A stretch of 61,736 nt of DNA, filler included, from Sluysia triapertura (taxonomy: Eukaryota), in assembly GCA_046118255.1 (NCBI GenBank). It is 5 parts of 5 records of this genome, joined end to end, with 100 filler letters (N's around TTAATTAATTAA, not from the genome) between each part and the next. Parts side by side here need not be neighbours in the genome. Positions count along the whole stretch, not along the records: positions 46,537 to 61,736 come from JBJNIA010235005.1; 4 more parts are not named here. The stretch is one strand, 5' to 3'. Below the pieces are notes generated by a model. It made no database searches. It was not told the origin of the DNA and worked only from the letters and a program-made list of their open reading frames with translations. Positions 53,054-61,736 of the stretch are shown here, piece by piece. Position 1 is the stretch's first letter, and each line of letters begins with the position of its first letter. The position numbers and the translations under genes are program-made.

Positions 53054-56000
53054 TAATTTAGTGAAGTTATTATGAATATTTATTATATTATTATATTATT
53101 ATTTTATTAAATGAATATTACTATCATAATTATTATTATTAATTAAATTATTATATTATTATTATTATTATTTTTATTAAATGAATAAAATGAATATTAT
53201 ATTATTATATTATTATTTTTGTTAAATGAATATTACTTAAATGAATATATTTTTATGAAAATATATTTTTATTAAATGAATATTACTATATGACAATTCC
53301 AATAATACTTTCAGTGTGTCTGAAATAGTCTTGTGCTGGATTTATAAAATCAAACCATAAATATTAAATCGTTTCCTGTTTTACTGAAGCAATAAATTGA
53401 TTTTCTTGATTTAATTTTGTGATAAAGTTACTTATTGACATAAATAAATTGATTATGTTATTTTATTTGGTGATAAAATAATAGACTCTTTAATTGCAAG
53501 ATATCCAGATCGGCGAACTTTATCGAATTGAAAGAAAGTCTTCAATCAGATTCAATTCGAGTGAATATGACACCAAGAATCTAAAAACAATGTTGCTTTT
53601 ACGGAAAACAATTAAAACTTCGTTTGATTTATGATTATTATTATGAAATAATAATTATTCAATGCAGTGTGAACGATTCTATAGAAATATGAGAATATGG
53701 CTAGAGAGAGCAAGAAGAGAAAATTTTATTTAATATTAATATATTCTTTCATATTTCTATTACTATTGTCAACTTTCGTGTATTAAAAAAAATTACCCTG
53801 AAAAACCCTTTAGAAAACCTTTTCTTTGGACATGCTTTATGAATCTATACCTTTAAATGAAATTCTTAATAAACAATGAAATATATCACTGTGTAATATT
53901 GCACGATTTTTCATAATTTGTTAAACTTATCTTACAAAATGAATCACATATAATGTAGGGTTTATATTCTTCCTAAAAGACGACGTGCCTACATAGTTTT
54001 GAAAATGTATTAATAGGGTCTGTAGGCCAATTTTATTATTTAGCAATTACTATTACGAATTCTTTCTTATCATTATCGTGTCTAATTTCAGAAATTTACA
54101 ATCTCTTAGGATTCTTCAAAAAAATTATTATTCTAATGTAAAATCGTTAATACGCTATTAAATTAAAATAAGAACGTAGAGAATCAAAACTAACATAGAA
54201 TTAATAAAAGAAATTAAATCGATATGACACTTAATACTGAGTGAAATTTTAATTTGATTTTAAATCTTCGCTTAAAGAAGGTGAAAACCTAACAAATAAA
54301 GCTTGCACGATAAAATCGAATAAGTTCCACAAATAATAGTTTTTTCACTGTTATTAAATATCGAGCAAAAAGCCACGTGATTATTGTACGATTTTTGTAC
54401 TAAGTAAATCTTGTTTATTGTTGATCTTATAAATATTTAAATATTTGATTAAATAAATCATTTTTTCATCATTTTGCGCTTTGTTCAAATGTTTCAATAA
54501 TAAATATTTAATTAATTTTCATTTTATAACGTAAATATTTAATAAACACAAATATTATTTTTCATAAATTTCCGTTATTATTATAAATATAATTTTATCA
54601 CCTATGACCATATAATATTAGTTATTTATTTTAACCCTTATTACACAATATTTCGCATGACGTCAGTAACAAAAGTCACTGAAAATAAACGAATTTCAAT
54701 TAAAATAAACAAAATTTTGATTTGCGTAACGTCCTGATAACATCAACAACTTGTGTGAACATGTGACAATTTTGTCGCATGCATTTTAAAGTGGGTTTTC
54801 AAATAATATTTATTAACCATTTGTGGTCCTCTGTCGAGACAGCCCGACGCTAATTTAACATAAACATTGATACGTTTATGTAATCTGTTATATGTCGAAG
54901 ATGGTCCAATAAGAAAATGTTTACTTATCGTATTTTCATTTTTTGTCAGGCGTTTAATTGCCAAAATTTTGTGTTTTCGCTGGAATTAAATAGGACCTGT
55001 AGAAGATTCAATGGAAATAAAATATGATCACAAAGAATTAAATCTGAGTTTATTATCGTTACCATTGTCCATATGGGAAACTTGTCTGTCAAATTTTATA
55101 TTGAAACAAAATTTTTCAGGATCACGTCATACCTTTCTCGATTGGCAAACGTTCTTGTCCCGGCAATCACTTGGCAGAAGCAACAATATTTTGTATTCTC
55201 ACCAATCTCGTACAAAAATTTCTAATTAAACCAGCCAATCCCGATAAACTAAACTCCTTACGAGACCTCGGTATTGGTTCATCTGGCCTTACTAGAGCTC
55301 CAATCAATCACAGTCTGATTTTTGTGTCAGTTTAAGGTTGACATAATTTACTTATTTCAAATTTACATATTTTGTACGTAAAGACAAGATATGTTCCATA
55401 ATTTCAGGAAGTCATAACTTTCAAACTATAACCATAACGAATTTATTATTATTATTAATTAGATTATTATTAATTTTATTATTATTATTATTTATTATAT
55501 TATAATTGTTTTATGAATTGGTTATTTAGTTTCATAACTCTCTAATTTGTCACATTTTTGCAAAATTAATTGACTTATTGATTGATAAACATTATATTTT
55601 TTCTATGGAAATATAATTCTTTGTTTAGCTTGTTACTTTGCTGTTTTATGTACAAAGGACATATTAATAAACGATTATTCCAATTATTCGGAGTATAGTT
55701 AAACAAGATATTAATTGAAAATGTTGTATATGTGCATTGTATCGTCACATTATGCCTCCCACAATGCACATCGATGTTTGTATAACAAATTTAATCAACT
55801 ACTATCCACTCCTATTAATACATAAACGATGTCAGAAAAGTGTGCCATGCGTATGACTATTACAGCTTTGGCTACTGGTTTATAATACTATATATTGTTT
55901 AGTATACTAATTGACAAATTGAAATATTTATGCAGCAACCAATGATATAAAGGTACAACAATCAATTAAACAAGTGAAATTCTTACATTTATCTTAGTTT

Positions 56001-56421
56001 TATATTAGAGTGTCTTTACAAGAATAAGGTTGAGAATATAATTTAGTAGGTAAAGACATAGATGTTTTTATAGTCACTTATAAATGGAATGTAGACGGAA
56101 TATTTCTTAAATATAAAAAATATTTATTTGGGCATTTCAAATTGTTATTTCAGAAGCATTATATAATTAAGATTTATACATCTAAGACTAAAACTATTTG
56201 GTAAAATGTGGATATATTAGCTTGTGATCTGAAAATTACATGAAAATTACATGATGAGAATATCAAATCTTCAGACAATGAAAACTTAGATCGGTAATTT
56301 CTTAGTTATTTTCCTTTAACTTGACATGACACTTAGAAGAAATTTACTGGGGTAAAAGCCTAAAGTGCCATTTAGAATAATGATATTATAATTGACTATA
56401 TTGAAATAAAATTGTTAAAGG

Positions 56422-56502
56422 GGACTGATAGCTCAGTGGTCAGACCATCGAATTGTACAGCTGTGAAGTAAAAGCGCCCGAGTTCAAATCCCGGTCAGTT
56501 CA
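56422..56502 (+). repeat. tRNA-like head (pseudo-tRNA/SINE-like) with A and B boxes
   Basis: Acceptor stem GGACTGA/TCAGTTC pairs fully, A box TAGCTCAGTGG, T arm CCGAG-TTCAAAT-CCCGG. The anticodon stem around TTGTACA does not pair. Confidence 0.8.
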
Positions 56503-56519
56503 TTTATTGAAGACTGTCA

Positions 56520-59500
56520 AATTCTACTCTGATGCAATAGTAAATACTCAAAACGATGTTTTACAATAAAATGGTGTCAGGGGAAAACCAATAAAACGCC
56601 CCTAATTACTCTCGGTACACTAAACCTCGTTTATTTTTTTGGTGTTCATAATGGTGTTAGTAATGACAATGAATTTGATTTTAATAAAAATAAACTCTTA
56701 ACAAAATTATTTGGTAAAAGTAATTTTCAAATAAATAATAAAACCAAATATAAACAAAATCTCAAAGTAAATAAAGTTCATAATATGGTAAAAAAACCAA
56801 AATAATCCTAAACCTAAGAAAGCAGGGAATAAGTATAAGATTTCTAACCAAACTCGCAATACCAATATCGATAATACCATAATAACTTGTATGAATAAAA
56901 TAAGCAACACAAGTAACTACCAAAATAAAATAGACGATATATACAATCGTCAAAAATCCACAAAGATTCTAGGGTATAATAAGCAAAACGGAAATACTCT
57001 ACTAAACACCGCATCACTACAACATACTAACATAACATTAGCCAAGAGAACACCAATTCTTCTCAAAACTTCATCTAATCACAAAATTAAAAACAGTCAA
57101 ATCCAACAGCAAAATACATTCAATCATAATAACCCTGCAATATGCGAACAGCATCAAAGCACACAAATGACTAAGTCAATCCATACTAAACATGATCATC
57201 CAAGTACAAACTCAATAAACACATGGGCAGAATTTATGCAACTCAATTCATTAAACCAAGCAACTACGAACAAAATGCCCACATTCAACTCGGTACTACT
57301 TAGCACCCACAAGGATACAACATCAATTCTAAAAAGATCACAGCTTATACCGCATCAGCACCATAAAAAGACACAACAAAAATATGTTTCTTGGTCACTC
57401 AATTCCAATGTATACCACATCATACCATCAAACACAACCCGACAAAACAAATATACTAACAAAACCGACCAAGACCAACTAATAAACAAAATTTACCACC
57501 TAAATAAAATTCTACAACAAATACGCTCAGATTTTAATCAATATTCCCTAACAAATAAGAAATCAATAAACAACAACAATAATATATCAACAATTCAAAT
57601 ACGCATCAACAATTCATGCACCAAATCCAATAAAACAGTATTAGAATCCACAGAAATACTGCAGCACATTTCCAAGAGCACAACATAAAACAATTAAGAC
57701 CGTCTCATACTGTGTCACATACCACCGCACAATACATCACCACAACAATTCTTAAACAATCTTCACATCAAAACAAACCAAACGATATCAAATAACTTTC
57801 AGACAAACACTCACAATCGAAACAGATAACACTCCATCAAAAATACCACATAATAAACACAAATCTTTCCTACCAAAACAAAATAAAAACAATAAAATAC
57901 TAGGATATGGCTTTTTCGTCAAATGCACCCAAAATATATGGTAAATAAAACCCACTTAAATCTTAAAATCACAGGATGTGCCCAACCAGGAGCGTCGTCC
58001 CACATTAAAAAACCACCACAGTATAAATGGATACCCATGAGGAACCTGTCCATCCCAATAAAACTTACGCTCAAGTATGCAAAACGGGTATACTGGGCAA
58101 ACCACAAAGTTTCACTGGATCACTTCCAAATTCACGTGCCCAGACCGACAAAACACCATACAACACAGACGAGTCGCACAAACTAAGAACGGATATCGGC
58201 AAATCAATCGTCCGCGACATCGGCTACAACAGTCAAAACAATGTTGTCCTATTTTAGCGACTCTTTTCTATTTGGCCATTGATTACTTATTTCATAGGTT
58301 CACCTCCACTGAAGATTACATCATTTCCCCCTTATATTGCCTATGCAGCTGATATTGTACTTATTGCTACTTCGCATAAACACCTCCAGCAAATACTCAA
58401 CTGCATCGTAGGACATGCTAAATCTGCTAATCTGACCTTCTATTTTCACAGTATCCATGATTCAACAAATCTTTCTGTCTTCATTGATGCCACCCCAATT
58501 GTAAATGTGAAAGATGGTGAAAATGCGATCTAAAAAACAAAACCTGATTGACCTTCTTAGGGAGAACCTAACAATGGTCCAACAAATCAAAGACTCCAGT
58601 TTAAGTTGCAAGAACAAATTTCTTATGTTTCGCATGTGCCTTTCATTTTACTTGCGCAATCTAAGTATTAATACCCAAACCTTTAGTAGTCCTCACGCAC
58701 GACAGTTCAAAAACCTCCCCCAATCTGTTGGATATGACGAAAAAATAAACAATCTATCCAAGGGCCTCCCAGGATTGAAAAACTTCCCTTTTAACAATTC
58801 TTTCTTTAATGTACACAAAAATCACGCTGATTTAAGCCTCATTTCTTCTTACGATGACTATACGTGAGAGAATTTAATTTGTGCCTTCCGCCTATTTAAT
58901 AGTCTAACAAACCTTATTCATACCCTTGCCTTGAATGAAATTCTTCGCGTCGGCAATGATTGATTAAATAAAGTTGAGAACATTTCTGATGCTGTATCTT
59001 GGCTTATTCGCAGTAACCCCGATAAGCGTTCACGACTTCTGACATGGTGGACCGAAATTCGACAATCTATTTGCATCGAAAATACCGAATTTCTGCTAGC
59101 TTCATTTGCTGTGAAAACCAAATAAAATTAAATATCAAATGCGACATCCTTGGTGAAAACAAAGCCATATTAAATCGGTTTCATAAAGAAAAAGTAGGTA
59201 AAGATCTTCATGAACTGATTGAAATTTCCAAAACCAAATCCAAGGTCGCCTTATCGAATGCTACATGAGAAGTCCTCTATCTGGTCGGCCGTTTTCTTTA
59301 CAATTAAACAACCAGAGTTGGATTTTTATGGTTAAAGCTAGGAATAGTATTCTTAAGCTTAAGTTTTCTCCACAAAACATTCGACTGCATCTTTCCATTA
59401 CTTGTCGCTAGTGTGGCTTTGAACAGGAAACAATTGTCAACGTATTATGGCTTTGCCCTCGAACTATCATTTGCCGTACAATCAGACATAATAAGATTCT

Positions 59501-60412
59501 CGAATGTTTACATAAATGGGCTTCTCTGTCAAAATGCATATGCAAACCCCCAAACTGGTGACTATCGAAGGCCTGATATACAAGCGTAAGGTACCAATTC
59601 CTCCCAACTTTTTCTCATTGACGTCAAGTCGCCGATTGATGATTATGAGAAATTTAAGGCGGCCTGACCTGAAAAATAAGTTCCAAAAGTTAGGTTTCCA
59701 TTGAAACATTTGTCGTTGGAGCACTTGGTTCTTGGGATCTTGAAAATGATATCCTTCTGAAAAACTAGGGTTCCAATATAACTGGTTTAGCACACCATTG
59801 TATCAAACTCTCCATTGAATTCTCCTTTAATATCTACAAGGACCATTCCCTCCAATATCCAACATAAATAATATTGTTGTTTTATGTGACTTAATCTTGG
59901 TTTGTTATTCTCTATCTTGGGGGCTTTTAATTTTTAATCTTATGCCTTTGGAAAATAATCAATCTATTATACAACAACTGATATTTTCTTTCACATTTTC
60001 AACTTTCATATCCTTCTTCTTCTTTTCATTTTGCATTCAATGGTTTTTATTTCTTTTTTCTAATCTTTCACTCTTATTTATTTATTTTTTCCCTTATTTA
60101 TTTTCCTATATTCTCATTTCTTTATTTAACCTACTTAATTGTATGTCTGTGACTTATCATTGGTGTGATTGTGATTTAATATCTTTCTTTGTTCTTTCTG
60201 ACTTATCAATTATTCAACAACAATTATTAAAATTTTCCTTATAACCTTGTAGCACGAACAACAATTTTTTAAATGGACAATCAGTATCAGCCTTATTACA
60301 TTAACTACTTTTTATATAAATGTGATCCATTTATTTATATTTAATGTACCATATTATTTTATTATATAAGTACTTGTTTTTGTTGTGGAATGAAAGTTTT
60401 CAATTCAATTCA
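56520..60412 (+). mobile_element. Decayed RLE-type non-LTR retrotransposon (NeSL/Utopia-like)
   Basis: RT motifs KQCCPILATLFYLAIDYL and IAYAADIVLIA. CCHC region WIFMVKARNSIL...CR*CGFEQETIVNVLWLC...RHNKI. RLE nuclease RRPDI...LIDVKSP...FVVGALGSWDLENDILLKKLG...SFNIYKDH. A T-rich 3' UTR ends in (TTCAA)n. The low-complexity ORF 56891-57688 is probably its 5' part; the 5' boundary is approximate. Confidence 0.9.
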
Positions 60413-60469
60413 TCACACTGTACAGCGAGAGGTCCCTGGTTCGATCCTCGGTAAGTAGAAGTCTAACAC
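60411..60469 (+). repeat. 3' half of the tRNA-like repeat (anticodon arm to tail)
   Basis: CATCACACTGTACAGCGAGAGGTCCCTGGTTCGATCCTCGGT...GAAGTCTAACAC; B box at 60438-60447; no A box upstream. Confidence 0.8.
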
Positions 60470-60537
60470 TACTACTACTACTACTATTACTATTATTACT
60501 ACTACTACTAGTATTAATACTACTACTACTACTACTA

Positions 60538-60868
60538 ATCTTAAAAATAATGAAAAAATTCGAAACCAAGATGAATATTTCATGGAGACATAATAATAAT
60601 CTATACAGAATCCACAGTGATAATAAGAGTAAGTAAGAGTAAAAGGTTGTATACCGTTTATGTTTCAAAAATATACAACCACCACTACCAGAGAATGTTA
60701 AATTACTAGAAGATTATGAAATATTTAAGAAAAGGCAAAGTTGTTTTGTTTCAGAAATATTATGTGAATGATTTATTTTAAGCGTTTTTGAGTCCTTATT
60801 TTGCAGTAGATATGAGCGTAATATAAATTAATATATTATTATTTTTATTATTATTATTATTATTATTA
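60538..60868 (+). mobile_element. 5'-truncated L2-type LINE 3' end
   Basis: Collinear with the reverse complement of 4465-5020; ends in (ATT)n. Confidence 0.85.
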
Positions 60869-61547
60869 AATTAATTTATTATCATTGTTAAGCGTTACCA
60901 TTGCAACGCATTTCATTATTGTATTATGCAAATGAGCAATTCTTAGTTCTCTTACGTTCTACAATTTAATCCTGACGCGACGTGTACGTAGGTTTTAAAT
61001 ATTTTTCTTTTACTTCCCTTATTTCTTTTGTTATTTCTCTTTTAAATGCGATTATTTATACGGTGCATTTCCAACATTTGTAAACATATATCAAATTTAA
61101 TTTACATTTAAATTATTAGTTTAAATAGCAACAGTAAGTAAATTATTTATTATTTCAGACACAAAACAATCTCAAAATGTTACAAAGGTCTTTGGAAACT
61201 CTACGATATTCTTTAATGTCTCTTTTTAACAATATATTTTGTTTATCTAATTTATTTACATTTATTTTATATTTTATTATACGATAGTGTCATTAGTAAC
61301 TGTAAGAAATTGCTGAAATAATGTCATCTAATTTTTTAAAAATAAAGATTATTGTGAATTTTGATTAATGTGTATATTGTTTCTTATTTTCTATCATTTT
61401 CTCACATCAGCAATAACGTTATACATGGTATATAAATAGAAAATGAATTCTCATTTCCTTTTATAAATACATTTGATCTTTATTAAATTCATGTGAATAT
61501 TATTTACATATATGATTTATTAATTGGAATTATGAGAAATATTTATT

Positions 61548-61736
61548 CATAATAATAATGATAATATATTAATTTATATTGCGCTCATATCTATTACAAA
61601 GTAAATCATTCACCACAATATTTCTGAAGCAGAAGAACATTCACTTTTTCTTAAATATATCATAATCTTCCAGTAATTTGACATTCTCTGGTAGTACTGG
61701 TTGTATATTTTTGAAACATAAACGGTATACAACCTA
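61548..61736 (-). mobile_element. L2-type LINE 3' end, runs off the window
   Basis: Reverse complement of the 60645-60850 sequence with a small deletion. Confidence 0.85.

Noticed and set aside
54740-55320. Merlin/ISXO2-like transposase relic on the minus strand
   Set aside because: Only a vague TVIDW-like match; catalytic motifs are not recoverable by eye.
56422-56502. Functional intron-containing tRNA-Tyr(GTA)
   Set aside because: The anticodon stem cannot pair, the D and T stems have mismatches, and related degenerate copies exist in the window.

Overview
A very AT-rich eukaryotic (most likely invertebrate animal) sequence with spliceosomal GT-AG introns. It is not one contiguous locus: four artificial 100-nt linkers (N44-TTAATTAATTAA-N44) and one N100 gap join at least five contigs, so adjacency across linkers means nothing. 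One gene is clearly intact: a 4-exon, 584-aa protein resembling the C-terminal half of IGHMBP2/SMUBP-2 (degenerate R3H plus AN1-type zinc finger) with no helicase visible. There is also a probable first exon of a small single-pass membrane protein. The rest is mostly relics: Rab29/32-like, Munc18-like and ankyrin pseudogenes; Tc1/Tc3, hAT, piggyBac-like and Tc2-like DNA elements; gypsy RT and integrase fragments; solo-LTR-like repeats; L2-type LINE 3' ends; and tRNA-derived repeats. Two features stand out. (1) A decayed, co-oriented virus-like cassette at about 13.2-16.5 kb: a Bcl-2-like domain, a chuvirus-like envelope glycoprotein, a RING-H2 finger and a DEDDh-like exonuclease. (2) A NeSL/Utopia-type restriction-like-endonuclease (RLE) retrotransposon at about 56.5-60.4 kb whose 3' tail joins the anticodon arm of a tRNA-like repeat, with a full copy of that repeat at its 5' side. 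All family assignments come from motif recognition by eye; no searches were run.
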